64,000 nucleotides of DNA from Amoebidium appalachense (GCA_963693365.1 CAVNZM010000001.1:20158125-20222124); one strand, 5' to 3'; shown: positions 1 to 39,609, counted from the first letter of the stretch. Made by a program: numbers and translations. The notes: generated by a model not told the origin, from the sequence alone.

Positions 1-27
1 TGAATGAAACAAGGCACTGGCACCCAC

Positions 28-702
28 CTGCCAAAGCTCTTCTTCTCAATCTCCGTCACATCACTTCCTGAGCTAATCACAGATACAGCACTGATGCCCG
101 AAGCATTGTCATCGGGTTGCATCTGACCCGGATCGGAACTCGGATTCGACCCGATACCAAACATGGTTCCAATGCGGTCCATATCGAGGTGTCGTGGCCG
201 GGCACATGCGTCACTCAGGCTCCTCCCGTGTCGTTTTTTCTTTCCCCCTACACCCGCTTTTGGGCTCCCTAGAGCTGACGCCGCAGCGGCAATCGGACTT
301 CCAATCACCGACGATAGGGTCATTCTAGAACTGCCGCTGATAGGGCGTGCCTCTGATTTTGAATTTTCAGTCGGTGGTGGGGTCCTTTCGTTGGAAGCAG
401 GGGGATTTGACCCCGAACCGCACGATTTGACTGGCTCAGTACAGCCTGCATCAAAATCCTGGAGACTACTGGTTGATGGTGGGGTGGTGACGATTGAGCA
501 TGCGGCAGATCCAGCTAGAGATGGTGTAGATGTTGCATGTGCAAATCCGGTAGTGGGGGGGTCTGGAGTTGCTGTGGACAAAGTTTCATCCGATGCCTTT
601 TCGGGTAGTTCGTTGTCAGGAAATATAGGAGGGGTCTCTGCATGTGTGATGGGGCTGGAGTGGAAGCGTTCGACCATTTGGTGCATGCGCTTGGACACGG
701 CC
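28..702 (-). CDS. Large Ser/Pro/Thr-rich internal exon of the unknown minus-strand gene
   Basis: Open frame AVSKRMHQMVERFHSSPITH...KKKRHGRSLSDACARPRHLDMDRIG...DVTEIEKKSFG, preceded by cacacag acceptor and followed by GTGGGT donor. Confidence 0.7.
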
Positions 703-1364
703 CTGTGTGATCATCAACCAATTAGAATGGCTGTTCGGAATTTTGGTGGTCTTAACTTATGAAAACACTGATGGAGTGGCGGCAGAATGATGTCTAACAC
801 ACGCAATGAGAGGGACTGTGGAGGACTCCCTGTAGGGTCCAGGGGAAGCTACAGACTCAATGCGATCAACACGATGATCCCACACACATTATAGTATAGA
901 GTGTCAAACCCTCCCCCCCTCCCCCCCCCCCCCCCTCCCCCCCCCTCCCCCCGGGCCCCTTCCCACCCCTTCCTGTCTCCCCCTACTCCATAACTGACAA
1001 GCAGACAGACAGATAAACATCAGACAATTCAACTCCCCCCCCCCCCCCCCCCCCCTCCCCCCAACCAAAATAAAAAACATACTTTTGAATGTAAATGAAA
1101 AGAATGACTGAACAAAAGTCTACCGGGGGAGCCAGGCCCCAATCAGCGCCCATCACATATTTGCCTGCAAGTGAGACCAAGTACATCTGTGCAGCTAGCC
1201 AGAGCACACCCAGGCATCGTGTCGTTGATTGGTCGAAAGTGGGGCCCATACCTTTTCTGGATTGGTGGGCTGACGTAGGCAGGAATGTGGACCTTGCTGC
1301 CGGCCTTGACCACATAGCGGTTGACACTGTGTGCATGCGTGTAAGAAACATCCCCTTACCCTCC

Positions 1365-1404
<40 letters not shown>

Positions 1405-2142
1405 CCTTTCCCTCGAACCTGGTTTCAGTTTCTTCCTTAAAAACACCCAATGCCTCATGAACCTGCCCCACATACCCCCCTCAACCTCAGCCCACCATAC
1501 GCATATTGGGTAGGGCGCTAAAGTGCATCATGATGTGCTTGTATGTGTATGCGAAGTAGTTCTTATGTGTGTGTGAAAGAGGTGTCTGTGTGAATGTGAG
1601 CATCACACATGACTCACGGATTCATGCCAAGTGTGTCTCGTGTCTCTGCGTCTGCCCCCGCCCTCCCCCCCCCCCCCCCCCCCCGCCCGGTGGCACCAGT
1701 TACGTGCGAGTGTACACAATAGCGATCTCAGAATGCTAGAATGTTCGAGATCGTGTCTGAAACACACACATGCAGCCACTCACCAACCCAGCATGTGGCC
1801 CAGGCTGCTTCTTCTGGACAGCTTTGAAGATGGACCTGCAGAGAAACATACACAGCAACACGAGATTCGATTAACTCGATTACAGCTAGATCGGCATGCA
1901 TGGGTCACACAACAAACAAGCCATGTGCACGAACAAGTGCAGTGTTGTATGTCTCTGCTGATGCGTCTTGTCAAACGTAGCATGCATGGTGATACAAACC
2001 ACAGCAAGCCACTTCATCGTGCTAACTGTTTTTCTCGTCAAGGCCATACACCATTCACATAAGTCCTTTTTCCCAATTCTTTTTTCTTTTTTGGTTTCTG
2101 GTGGGGGGAGGGAGTGGGGTGGGGGGTGGGGGGAGAGGAGGA

Positions 2143-2178
<36 letters not shown>

Positions 2179-3378
2179 TGGGGGGGTTTGCCCCAAAAGT
2201 CGTCCCTCGTGTTCTGTGCCTACAGGTCGGAGCAACAAAAAACGAGGAAACCGAAAAGAGGAAGGTATGGAGGCAGGAGTTGAATTAAGGAAACTACGGG
2301 TTGAGGGATAGGGGGGGCATACCGTTTGATGAGGTGTCAGTCTCTGATTGGTTGGTGCTTGCTGTGTCGTTTGTCTCGGTGGGCGCACTGCCTGTTGTGT
2401 AACCCCGAAGTCTGCCCTTGCCTAATGCGGAAGGTGCTGTGTTATTTGGTGCCCGGAACAGGAGACATGGTCATACTATGGAAAAAAGTTCGAATTGCAT
2501 TACGCATGAACAAAAGAATCTACGCATGAAGAGAAGATAGATTGTGAGACTGCTGGCTAAACACAGTTTAGCCAAGTTACCCAAAACACATGCTCTTTCC
2601 GCCGTTGCCCTTTTCGGCATAGTGTTGTCTGCAGAGAAGATAATCAGAGCAACAAAGACCAGTAACTTGTTGGTTTCTTGTGCATGCTCATGCCATGTTC
2701 ATAAAAAAAAAGGTCTGGGGGTGAGATGATAATAACCCCTACTTGTATTCATGCACAGATGGCTATCGGATGTTATGTACTTATAACTGTGTCTGGTCTT
2801 TTGAAGCACACAGGATGAAATGGATGAAATGTGTGCTTTGGGGGAAAAAAAAGATGGTAGTAAGCAGATGAAGGAAAAGTCTTGCTGGTGTGCCATGTAC
2901 ACACACGTGTGTGTGCGTGCGTGTGTGTGCGTGCGGATGTGTGGGGGCGTGCACATGTGTTTACGTGTGTGTCTGTGTGTATGCCTGCACATAAGATGAT
3001 ATGTCTGCGTGTGCGCGTAAACGTGTATTTGGGAAGCCAGAGGGTTCGTTTTTTAAAGAGGGGAGGAGGCGCTGTGTTGCGGTAATGGGAGGGCACGTGC
3101 CTGTTTGCAAGGTGGGGGAGTGGGAGGGCCCCAGGTGTGACGTCACCGTGTCTGCCTCCTCGATCCCATCTGCACCCAACCACCCATGCTTAGCCTCAAC
3201 CCCCCCCTCCCCCTCCTCCTCTCCCCCCCCCCCCTCCCCTCCCCTCCTTCCTCCCCCTGCGCCGCTGCCCCCCCGATATTCCTCGCGGGAAAAAAAAAGA
3301 AAAAAAGAACAAAGAACGGCGGATAGGTTTGAGTGTAGGTGTGTGGGGTGACCTGTCTTTTCAATTCTCTCCCTCCCA

Positions 3379-3454
<76 letters not shown>

Positions 3455-4750
3455 GTGTGTGTGTATGTGTGCCCATGTGCCTGTGCATTCGTATGTGTGT
3501 GTGTACGCGCACACACACCCCTCTCCCTCCCTCCCTCTCTTTTCGGGCTTGTGCTTGTGTGATGTGCCTGCCTGCACGTGCCTGCCTGCACCGTGTGCAC
3601 GTGCATGTTCTAAACACAGCAACACGTCATTTTGGCCACCCACCATGCACGTGGTCCAACAGCAGCTGCACCGCACACAGCACCTGGGCCTTGCCATCGC
3701 CCTCACCCTCACACACCATTTGGACGGCACGTGATAGGTCCTCAGCAACCTGCCATATATGGTAAGTCTCAGGTGTAGTGCTTGGCCATAGGAAATAATA
3801 TGGGTGTTCCAGTGTAAAGGCTGGTAGAAAAGATGAAAAGAGCTATTCCTGCTAGCGACCAGCAATGACGCACCTTCTAACCCATGTTTCTACTATATAT
3901 CTGTGTAACCACCAGATCAGGGCATGGGGTGTCTGCAAGCATCTTTTGGCTCATTTTCAATCCATTTTTTACACCGCTACATATCACGGCATACAGTTAA
4001 TGCAAAATCGGGTAAACACATCCACACACCACATGGAAACGCTCCAGCAGGTCCCTTTCTACTTGCTGCTGGGCGGCACTGTATGTGTGCCACACGCTCA
4101 CTGTGTGCACTATGTGGTCGCATGCATCGCGCAGCCGATCCGTGTCCTGTATGGCCATACGTCCCTGGTTAGCACTTATTTTTATCCTGCTCATGTACCT
4201 CTGATAGGGTGAGATCACTTCTCGCAGACCCTAATCATGAAAGGGAGACCGCCATGGGTGAATTTCAGCTCACCAATGAAAATCCAGACTTGAAATCACA
4301 ATGTAACACCTACTGAGTGGTACGTCGGCGGCAGCGGCGGGGGGAGGGGGGGGGGGGGAGGGGAGGGGGGCGGGGGCGGGGGGGCATGGCAGAGAACGGG
4401 GCAGGACGCGAATGTTGGAGTAAGTGAGGGGTACAAGCACTACACAATAATGATCAAAGCCCAAGCAGGAAACTTGGCACAGATGCTTTGTAAAATAAAT
4501 TAGATGCAATCCTTGGCCTAACGAAGGTATCGAACTGGGGTGGGGAGGGAGGCCGCCGGCAAAGAAGGAGAGAGGGGGAGGGGCGGTTGAGGAGAATGGG
4601 GAGAGAGACGGTGAGGGGGGGTGGGGGGAGGGGAGGGACGAGAGGGAGAGGGGAAGTGGAGGGGGACGTGTGTGTTGAAGGGGCTTCTAGACGGGATTGA
4701 TAGGATGTTATGGGGGCGGGTGACTTTCTGTGTGTGTGTGTGTGCACGGG

Positions 4751-4814
<64 letters not shown>

Positions 4815-5638
4815 ATGTGTTTGCTGTATTGTAGTACACTTGCAGATATACAAAGAAGAATACGGTGCAGCATAGGAAGGACATGCGTCAAAAAAAAAGA
4901 ACACGTTGTATCAGAAGAATACTCTTTCAAACGGTGTTGTCTGATAGTTATTTGGGCGGAGGGGGGGGCGGGGGGGGGGGGGAAGAAGAAAGGGAGGGAA
5001 CGAGCAAAGGGGCGGGGGGGGGGGGGGGGGGAGGGAGGATGTAGGGGGTTGCCGGGGAAGATTACTATTGTGTCTGTGGAAAGAAGTGATGTGACTTCTC
5101 TTTGGAAGGCCTGTAGGGTCACTTTGAGTGCAGGCACGTTGGCACTCCCTGCAATGGTGCAATCAGTGAGTGGCGGTTGTGAAGAAACAGTTGCAGGTGA
5201 GAGGTATGGATCCGGAGATGTGGCCACAGAGATGCGAGGGCGGCCAAGGACAATGTGATAAGATGGCGGTGCAAAGATTCGAACCCTGCGCCTGGCATAC
5301 ATCAACGTGGACTGTGACCACCGCAAGAAAAAGTACATATCATGTAACCTATAATCCGTCAGCATACAGGAGTTCTTGCATTGTGCCATATGTGCGTGAT
5401 ACAACCGATTGCACCTACCGTTTTTGGCAGACATTTTTCTGGCCATTGTGTTCATGGTGTCCACCCACACCCCCGTATCGTGGTTCGTACGGCCTTGGAA
5501 GGTGCGCGGATTTCTGGAAAGTCCTTCGACCTGCATGCCTGGAAAGGAGAAAAAACATTCTGATGATCAGAAGGGGCTGCGCGGTCGTGTCGTTTGCACC
5601 CCACAGTGCACTGAGAGTCCCCACACTTTCACACACAT

Positions 5639-5696
<58 letters not shown>

Positions 5697-7474
5697 GGAC
5701 ACAAACACACACATAGGCACACATGCAGCCACATCACACATACATATGGTAGGTGCATACACCCACCCACACACACACACATCGTGACAAAAACAACACA
5801 AACAAACACACACCCATATTGACCCCCCCACCCCCCTCCCCACCTCCCCCAGACTCCCCCCCACCCAAAAACACACACACACACACACACAGAGAGAGAG
5901 ACTTCGGGTTTGCTGCACAGGCCTTCACATACCCATGTCAACAACTCATAAACCCCATCCATGCTACCAAACCCCAACACCAAAGACCACGACTAAAACA
6001 GCCCCATAGACTCATAGACCCGAGTGCTAGTGTAATGTGTAAAATTCGATAATTCCTTTATGACTTCGTGGCGGTCACAGAGTGCAAGGTTGGTGTTGTG
6101 AGCTTCACAAAGGACGGCCAAGATTTTATGATACATGGTGATGATTAAAACCGTTGGCAACAGATACTGCTCTGCTTATAGAGGCTTGCACCATTTTAGT
6201 TGCCATAAGTAATAGACATACCTTCAGCCACACATTCCGCCGTTATCTGCTGGATGGGGGCACACGTTTGGAACTGCAGTGGTTTGCACGCATCAGGGGG
6301 TTTTGGGATTGTTGCCAGCAGCAGGTCACTGTGTGCATGCATGCCAGTGCTTGGTTAGTGACACCCCTAGGCGATATAAAATGAAATTTGACGAAAGAAG
6401 TCCTATGGGAACGTTTAGAGTTTCACCACACAATTCGAATGGTATGGATCCAAAGAAACAAGCGAGATATCGATGAAAACGCTATCATGTCAGACATACC
6501 TCCCTGGGCAAGTTGTTGGCAAGAGAGAGAGGGGGTAGGAGGAGGCCCGGGGGGATTGGGGGGGAGGGGAGGAGGAGAGGGGGGCGAGGGGGAGGTGGGG
6601 GGGAGGGCGGAGGCTGAAGGAACTTTGTGCCTCATACGACGCAAGCAGGTGGAATGTGAAGGTAAGAGCTGAAACTCAAACAAAAGGAGGAGCAGGTCTT
6701 TTAACGGGGCTCTCACTACAGGCAGTCCCCAAACCACACACATACCCAAACAGCAGCAGACAGACAGAACCAGCATTAGCCTCTTTAAAAGTCAACCGCA
6801 GCAAAAGTCTCCTCTTTCCGTCCCGGGCAATATCCTGGGGAGAAAGGGTTAGAATCCAAAACAGATCTCGGCAACACTAGTGGATGTGAGCCATAGGTGC
6901 GCCGGAACCCTCAGTCGTGTGACATACTGCGGTGTCTAGCTGGGTCCACCCCTATCTGCTCCTCTTGAACATTTTATCTGCAATGCTGTAGGCTGCCGTT
7001 CTCATCTGACACTGCATTAGGAGCTAGAGAAGGCTGCTACTATTTGGGCTCGTAGGATCTAAGCGCAGATTCTTTTTGGTGGGCTTGTAGGATCTAAGCA
7101 CCGTGGCTATTGCGTGGACGTTAAGCAGGACATTGCTACCCAAAGAGCAAGATTGCCATTATCCGGTCTCGTAAATCTAGCACGGATTCTAGTATCGTAT
7201 GTCATTGTGTCGGATCTAGGGATCGTTGCTACCCACAACACCCGGTTGCTACCAAGCGGGCACGGATGTTCGGGATGGCCACAGTTAGAATATTAGAGGA
7301 CTTTGTGATGCATCCGTGCAATGCTGTGTGCATCCGTGGAATGCTGTTTGCATTAGCATTCAGACCCATGGTGCATTCCACGTGTCTGGCTGCAGGACCT
7401 ACCGGACAGTCAGAGATGTCGTTCTTCAGAGCTAACACCTCCGCGTCGAGTTGCTGTCTGTCCTTGTCTCCCAT
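28..7474 (-). CDS. Multi-exon gene of unknown function; continues off the left edge of the window
   Basis: Minus-strand blocks of non-repetitive sequence bounded by AG/GT: putative first exon MGDKDRQQLDAEVLALKNDISDCP (7474-~7402), DLLLATIPKPPDACKPLQFQTCAPIQQITAECVAE (~6329-6225), ~5538-5419, LHDMYFFLRWSQSTLMYARRR (~5348-5285), GRMAIQDTDRLRDACDHIVHTVSVWHTYSAAQQQVERDLLERFH (~4165-4031), VAEDLSRAVQMVCEGEGDGKAQVLCAVQLLLDHVH (~3749-3643), ~2421-2323, SIFKAVQKKQPGPHAGL (~1835-1784), VNRYVVKAGSKVHIPAYVSPPIQK (~1327-1252) and a long Ser/Pro-rich exon 702-28. No family recognised; several exon boundaries are approximate. Confidence 0.6.
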
Positions 7475-8564
7475 TCCTAGCTTCTGCTAACTCAGAGCAA
7501 GTAGATTGAAATATGCTGAAAATGAACAAACACAACGCAATAGTTTGCTCTTAGATTCCACCGCACAGTAACGTGCTACCTACAACTTCTAAACACACAT
7601 CAACATTCTCTGTTTCGTTTTCTTCCCGGTCACTTTGCTGCTGTAACAGTTCTTGCCTTGCGGATGTCTACAAAAACGCGGCGATGGTGACCGTTCCCAA
7701 AGATAAACGATACAGCACCACAAATAAAAGCGGTTGTGACCTCTTGTTTTCAAAATCTATAACTTAGATGTGTGCCCGTGTTTTGCTTTCCAAAAAGAGC
7801 CTTGAACCTCTTTGCTATTATCTGTCAGCTTACACACACCACCTATAAAAGAAGGCTGAAGCCGGCTGAACTTGGGAGTCTGGATGCGCTGCGTCCTGAA
7901 AGCTCCTGAACGGCGAATGAGGTTTGGGCCATTAACCCAATATGGCTAATGTGTGTCTATTCTGATTGATTACCAAGATTTAGGTAAGCCAATCACATGC
8001 AGCTCAGGGCATGATGACGTCACCACACAGCACCTAAATTAGCCCGCGGGCCGCGGCGCCGGCCTGCGAGTGAGGTGCAAACTCAGCTGGCTCTAGAAAA
8101 CATTTAACATCTTACTCCCAGTTGTATATTGCTATATCCAATATACATACTTTTTTGCTTGAATTTGATCACAGGTGTTAGCGCTAAATTCCTATGGTGT
8201 CCGTCGTCATCTCATCGTAGTTGTCATGATGTGCGATCGGTCGTCACTGCGTTGAGGGCCACTACGTCACTGACCATGGTCTTCTCTGCGCCGCAGGAGA
8301 TATTGATGCTACCAAAATGTAAGGGTGTTACTAAAAATAGGAAGCTAAAATTAGAATTCTCGAGACGGCCGTGGCTCAGTGAGATGCAGATGATCCTGAT
8401 TCCTGACAGATCAGTTCCGAAAACTCGGTGTGATCAAGGCCCTGAGCTTATAATAATTTAGCAAGGGTGAAAATAGGCAGGCAACGACCTCTGCAAACTG
8501 AAAGATTGCCCTCTTATCTACCGCACGTAGAACCACTCCTGGGGCATGTGCATAGACAGGCACT
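7475..8564. promoter_or_regulatory. Divergent (bidirectional) promoter/5' UTR region
   Basis: Repeat-free region between two divergently oriented start codons; CCAAT-like boxes (~7938, ~7989), TGACGTCA palindrome (~8015) and a GC-rich patch at 8041-8070. Confidence 0.45.
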
Positions 8565-24276
<15,712 letters not shown>

Positions 24277-24413
24277 CCAGGCAGCCGAGGTGTTGCTGCC
24301 AAGGACGGCATGTGACGGGCCCCCTTTTTTTCTTCAGTTTTTGGCACGGTTTGAAGGGGACACTGCTTGCTGTCCACCCACCAAATCAAGTTCTGACCAA
24401 AATTTGATGCTTC

Positions 24414-24448
<35 letters not shown>

Positions 24449-24517
24449 ACACACACACACAGACACACACACGTGCACTCGTCCGCGCATGCAGACGCAC
24501 ACGCGCGTGCACACACG

Positions 24518-24602
<85 letters not shown>

Positions 24603-25093
24603 ACACACACACACACCACCGCCCACTTCTCTTCCACCTTCCCATTCCCAGTGATTGTAGCTCCTGCACGAATCACACTGCACAAGGCCCTTGCCAGTGC
24701 ACTTTTGTTTCACTCAATATGCATGAATGTTGCCTCATGCAGGTAGCACAGGAGCCACTATGAAGTGTCCCAGTTAGAGAGCAACCTGAAGTCAACACGG
24801 ATTTGTGAATGACAGCTTCTTGGTTTTTTTAGTCTAATATCCCGTAGTACCGTTTGCACCACCATGCACCCACTATACCTGCATCTTGTTTTCGTCTCTT
24901 GTTAATTTGAAGAGATACATGTGCCCACAGTGCCCTCTTAGCCACTAAAGAATGAATGTGTGTGTGTACGTGTGAGCAGCTCAGACAGTGGATCGTCAAC
25001 GTTATAAGCTCTATGCAGAACACAGTTTTAAACGCAATAATGTTGCGCTAATAAACTTTCCAGCAGTGTCCATCATGCGAAATCCCTCCCAGA

Positions 25094-25135
<42 letters not shown>

Positions 25136-25789
25136 CCTGCCCGCCCCGCCCGCCCCGCCCGCCCACCCTGTGTAGCTGCCCCCTCCCCCGTAGATCTCCA
25201 CATGCACACACGCACACGCGTGCGTGCACACGCCACGCACACATCACAGACACAAACACTTGCTCGTTGCCGTTTGGGTACATGGATACTTTAAGAGAGT
25301 GCATATGCATGTACCTCTGTGGCTCTAGGCACCCACAGCACACAAACTCGTGCATGCACAGGCCGGAGGCAACACTGAGATATGGCATGCCCATGTGCAC
25401 ACACACAATGAAACACCCTCCGTGCAGACCCATCCCTCCCCCCGCCTCTCCCCCCCAGTCCCCCCCCCTCCCCCACCCTTGGCCCGGCAGCAACCACTAC
25501 CACCAACCCGGCACATATACATCCGACACACATGCAGGTACATGTACATGCAAAATGAAACATCCTTTGTGCAAGTCAGATGGTCGATTTCGTCTCCATT
25601 TGGATTTTGTTTCGAGGCACAGCACCGGGTCAACCCGTGGCGCTGATAGCTAATATTAAAATTATGGCCACCCGTGCCCATTACGCAATTTACCTCATAA
25701 CGTGTGCACCTTGCAGCAATACCACCAGCATGTAAAAGGGCGTGCGTGCGTATACATGGGCGCGTGCATATGTGTATGTACGTGTATAC

Positions 25790-25845
<56 letters not shown>

Positions 25846-25997
25846 CAGGCATCTACATACAAGTGCACCAACTGTGCATGACATTCCTGCTTGGTCGAAA
25901 ACATCACTTGCTCACGTACCAATACACAATCACACATTCATTCACCATTATTCATACAGAGAAACTATCGGTCTCGTTAATCAGCAGTTACCATGGC

Positions 25998-26036
<39 letters not shown>

Positions 26037-26188
26037 ACGTTCTTGGCTGTTCCGTTCAAACATTGAATACAAGGGGCAATCCATTTATCCAGATCACACA
26101 CTAATAGTATAAAAAAAAATAATAAAAAGAAATTATTGAAAAATGGTAGATGTACCATACATAACAAAACACCACCCAGCTCTATCGG

Positions 26189-35135
<8,947 letters not shown>

Positions 35136-35689
35136 TTTCTAGTGCGTGTATGGAGAACACGTCTATACGCTACTCATGTCTACAGCAATTGCTGTCTTAA
35201 ACAAAAGATTTTGAGAACATGAACTCTTTTTGTCATTGACTGACTGAAGCCCTTTGAGTGTTTGCAGCACGCACCGTCTGGTCGTTGCGTTTGTTGCAGT
35301 CCTTTTTTGGACCAGTAGGCGGTAAGACGCAAGATGGCGCTTGTATTCAGCCAACCAATAATATGTATATATTAACCTAGGTACTATTTAAACATGAATA
35401 AGACATAATGATTAGTGTAACGATCATGATCGTAATATCAGCCTACCATTCCACTCTATCAACAAACATGTACTGAGCATCTTTCTTGTATATTCCGTCT
35501 GAGCTGAATTCGTACAGCGAACCTATTGTACATGATTCCCCCCCCGGCCCGCCTGTCAGCCCCCTTCCCCTCCTCCCCTCCGTCTCCCCCCTTCCCCCCC
35601 AACACGCGCGCACACACGCAAACACACACGCACGCACATGTACGCACACAGACACGTACACGAACACCCCGGAGTCCACACGTACAACC

Positions 35690-35775
<86 letters not shown>

Positions 35776-36122
35776 AAAACACACATAAAAACACCACACA
35801 CACACGCTCCTTCGGAGCGGGGCAATCAGCTAATAAAACAGTGGGATCCGACCTGTACAAGATTTGTGCGGGGACCGGTTCCAACGCACTCAGAATAAAT
35901 TGCGTCGACACGGTCTCCTTCCCCTCACTTCCTCGATAATGACACGAGTTGATCTTCGCTACTAGTGTCTGTGCTCTATCGTGTACATATCCGCGTACCG
36001 GATCTCTCTGAGGGGGTTTACGCTGTTTACTCGAGGCAAAGAGAACCAGTCTCAGGTATGGGGGGGGGGGGGGGATTGCTCGGAATATCCCCTCAGCGGT
36101 ATATCATGATCACGTACATAGA

Positions 36123-39100
36123 TGTCGGGTGGTGACTATATATCAGGGTTTACTTTCTCTACGAGACACCATAAAGATCTCTCTGAAAGCAATTAGTTCT
36201 TAGTGATTGGTTTCTTTTAGAGACAGATCTGATTTACGACTGGTCGGAAATCATGGATAGGTTTGACTTAAGGGAATTCGAATATCGAAATAGATTTAGT
36301 TCAGTTGTGTCCAAACATCATTGTGTACACTGCTCCGATCGTTCCTGTTTCCCTTGTTCCTTGTTCCCGTGTGTTTGTGGTGTTTTTACACTGCACCACT
36401 GTGTCTCTGCTTCCCTGTCCTTGCCCCGAATACTTATATAATTTTACAGGTTATCGGCCTTTGTGCACGCTCCCTACACACACCTAGATCTAGCGATAGT
36501 TCCTGTCCATCGCGACCATGGATCCCAACAAGTCTGGCGTCAACAAGATCACCATGTGGAAAGGTGAAGGCAAAACTGGCCCCGACTGCAAAACCACCTA
36601 CTTCCAGTGTGAAATCATTTTCCTCGGTATGATGACCGGCACCAAGGGCGCCAAGCTTGTGGACGTTGTTCTGGTGGTTCTGTCCCCCCAACCACCGTGC
36701 CTGTCGATGGTGTGCCCCCCTTCTACGGCTACGGTACTGCTGCCGAACTCAAGGAAGCCCGCAACTGCTTTCTCCTCCACATGATCCAGAACATCGAGCC
36801 TTCTGAGATGACCACCGTGGCCCAGTACCGTATTGGTATGGATCCAGACCGTGCCATGGGGAAATTCCGTCAGCATTACCGTCAAGGCCGGCCCGATCAG
36901 ATTCATCTTCTCCAGCGCAAGTGGGATGCCTGCGCTCTTCAGGATGGTGAATCATTCACCATCTACCTGGGTCGTCTACAGACGATTGTGAACCAGCTTC
37001 AGTCCCTGCAAGACCAGTCCATCACCTTCGTATGTCTGTCGAAGAAGTTCTTCAATGAGCTCGCCACACGTGACGATCTCACCCGTGAATTCAGCCGTCT
37101 CCTCGAAGACTACCACTTCGGTGACAAGACTTTCCCCGACTTCGAGTCTCTGCACAACCACGTCAAGGGCATTGAGTTACGTCAACAACTCAAGATGCAA
37201 CTCCGCAACCACCGTGACAACCGCCAACCCAAGTCCAGCATGGCTTTAACTGCCAACTGCCAGTGCCGTCTCCCGTGATCCTCCCCGTCTGCGCTCCCGC
37301 CTCGATCGTACCTCCGGTGACGATCTCCGTTCCCGACTCTCCCGTCAGCCCAACCTGGTTCACGGTCTCCCTACCAGCCTCCCTACAGGTCCACATCCCG
37401 TTCCCCCAGTCGTAACCGTTTCTCAGGTCCCCGTCGTTCTGATTCCCCGGCTCGACCCCGTGTTACCTCCAACAGTGAGTGCTTCTACTGTCATGAACCC
37501 GGCCACAAGATAGCTCACTGCCCTGAACCTGGCTGCCGTGCCTCCAAGCCCAACCGTAATCGCCCAGGCAACGACAAGTCCGTCTCGTTTGCCTTCTCGC
37601 CATACAATGCCAGCACCGTTCCTGTTTCCTCCGACCCTGCCTGGGACTCTGGCTGCAACATGACTGTCTGCCCCCACCGTGAGTTCTTCCAGGACCTTAA
37701 TCCTCTCCCAGCTGCAACCCCCGTTGCTGCCCTCAATGGTCACCCCGTCTTGGCCACTCACGTTGGCCATATCACCATTCACACTACCACCATCCACGGC
37801 CCTGCCTCTCTTACTATTGAGGCATACTACACCCTGTCCGGGGAGGCCTTCCTCGTCTCCACGTCTCAGGCTGCCGAAGAAAACATCAAGGGTGATTTAA
37901 ATAAGGCATCCACTCCGTCATTTCTCTTCGACGTCAACACTGGTCGTCACCTGGTCAACCTCCGTCTTCACAATGGTCTTTACTACTTCAAGGACTATGT
38001 CATACAACCATCCCCCCGGGCCATGGCTCTCACTGCCACTGCTGGTGTTCACCCGTCCGTCTGGCATCATCGTTTAGGCCACCGTGCCATGTCCAGCATC
38101 AAGGAGATGGTGAAGAAAGACCTCGTCATTGGCCTCCCCCCTTCCATCCTTGACTGTGACGTCCCTGATTGCCACGGCTGCATGATGGGCAAGACCACCA
38201 AGGCCCCTTTCAAAGGTGAACGTCCTCACTCCGACATTCCCGGCTACAAGTGGCACTCAGGCTGGGACTTCTTTGAAGCTCCCACACCTTCTTACGGTGG
38301 CTCCAACGTTGCTCTCGTCACTGTCTGCCGTGCCTCTGGACTCGTAAGATCTATCCGATGGTGGATCGTACATCTACCCTGGGCGTCATCAAAGCTCACA
38401 CCACCCTCGTGACTAACCATGCCCCCTCCAAGGTTGGCATCTACCACTTCGACTCCGGTTCTGAGTTTACCTCCCAAACCACCCGGGCATTCTGCCTCTC
38501 TCAGGGCATCAACGCCAGCTATGCTCCGGTGGACAGCCCTCAACTCAACGGCTATGTGGAACGTCGTATGCGCTCCCTCCAGGAAATCGTCCGGTGTCAC
38601 CTTCAACAAGTCCAGGACCAGTCCCTGTCCCCCAAGCTGTGGGCCGAAGCTCTTCAGCATGCTGCCTATGTCGTCAACATCACCCCGTCCACGGCTGCCA
38701 ATAGCCGCACCCCGTTCGAGGTCTTCTACGGTGTCAAACCCGACATCTCCGAGCTCAAGGTGTTTGGCTGCCCGGCCTACACTCATGTCCCTGCCTCCAA
38801 ACGAAACAAGCTGGCTCCAACGGTGAAACCTGGCTTGTACATTGGGTATGATCTTCTGAATCAGTCTCACTGTCACAGGATCTTCAACACCGGCACTCAT
38901 TGTGTTAGTCTCTTCCGTAACGTGATTTTCGACAAATCAGCTTACGTGCCCTCGGTGTCCTCCCCGGCCTTGCCCTCGTCCCCCACCGTCGACACCGATG
39001 ATCATGAAGTCTCCCTGGTTGACTCGGACCCCATTCCTGCTGCCGTGGCTCCTCCCACACCACCCCAAACCGGTCCCCCTGCCCCCTTTCCCGTGCAAGT

Positions 39101-39609
39101 TGAGGATGACCATGCTCCTGCTTCCGGCAACGTCACCCCCGTCCGCCCCGGCTCCCCCGTCGATTTTCACTCGGCCCCGTCCAGCCCCCCAACTCCCATT
39201 TCCCGGCTTCCAAGTACCCCCCCCTCAACCTCCTGCTGCCCCGGTGCCTCCTCCCCGTCGTTCTGCCCGTCTGCAAGGCAAAGTCGGCCTTCAAGCCATG
39301 ACAACTCTGCCGGCCCCATCCCCCATCAACGTTGACCAACTGCCCAAACTCGTTCGTCAGCTCTGCTTGGGTCCCAACGGTGACCAAGTCAAGTCTGCAC
39401 TCACTGCCGAGTACCAAGCTTTCGTTGACAAGGGCATCTTCGAACTCGTCGACCCTCCCCGCGGTGCCAACATCGTCGGTTTCAAGTGGATTGTCTCCGA
39501 GAAGACTCTCAACTCTGCCGGTGACACCAAGATCAAGGCTCGAGGTGTTGCCCAAGGCTTCAGTCAAGAATATGGATCTGTAGATCTGTACACACCTTGC
39601 CCCCTGGCC
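36123..39609 (+). mobile_element. Ty1/Copia LTR retrotransposon, degenerate and 3'-truncated
   Basis: Putative 5' LTR ends ...ttttaCA at 36448 (left boundary uncertain), followed by PBS GGTTATCGGCC. Domain order is gag, protease, integrase, RT (Copia order); RT breaks off at ~39609. Confidence 0.9.
36518..39609 (+). pseudogene. Copia gag-pol polyprotein with several frameshifts, truncated in RT
   Basis: Gag (…LQDGESFTIYLGRLQTIVNQL…), zinc knuckle CFYCHEPGHKIAHC (~37480), protease AWDSGC (~37640), GAG-pre-integrase WHHRLGH…CHGC, integrase DFF…HFDSGSEF…PQLNGYVERRMRSL…LWAEA, RT start VGFKWIV…KARGVAQGFSQ. Frame changes near 36690, 37260, 38360 and 39220. Confidence 0.9.

Noticed and set aside
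163-762. 199-aa plus-strand ORF
   Set aside because: It is the antisense shadow of the minus-strand exon 702-28.
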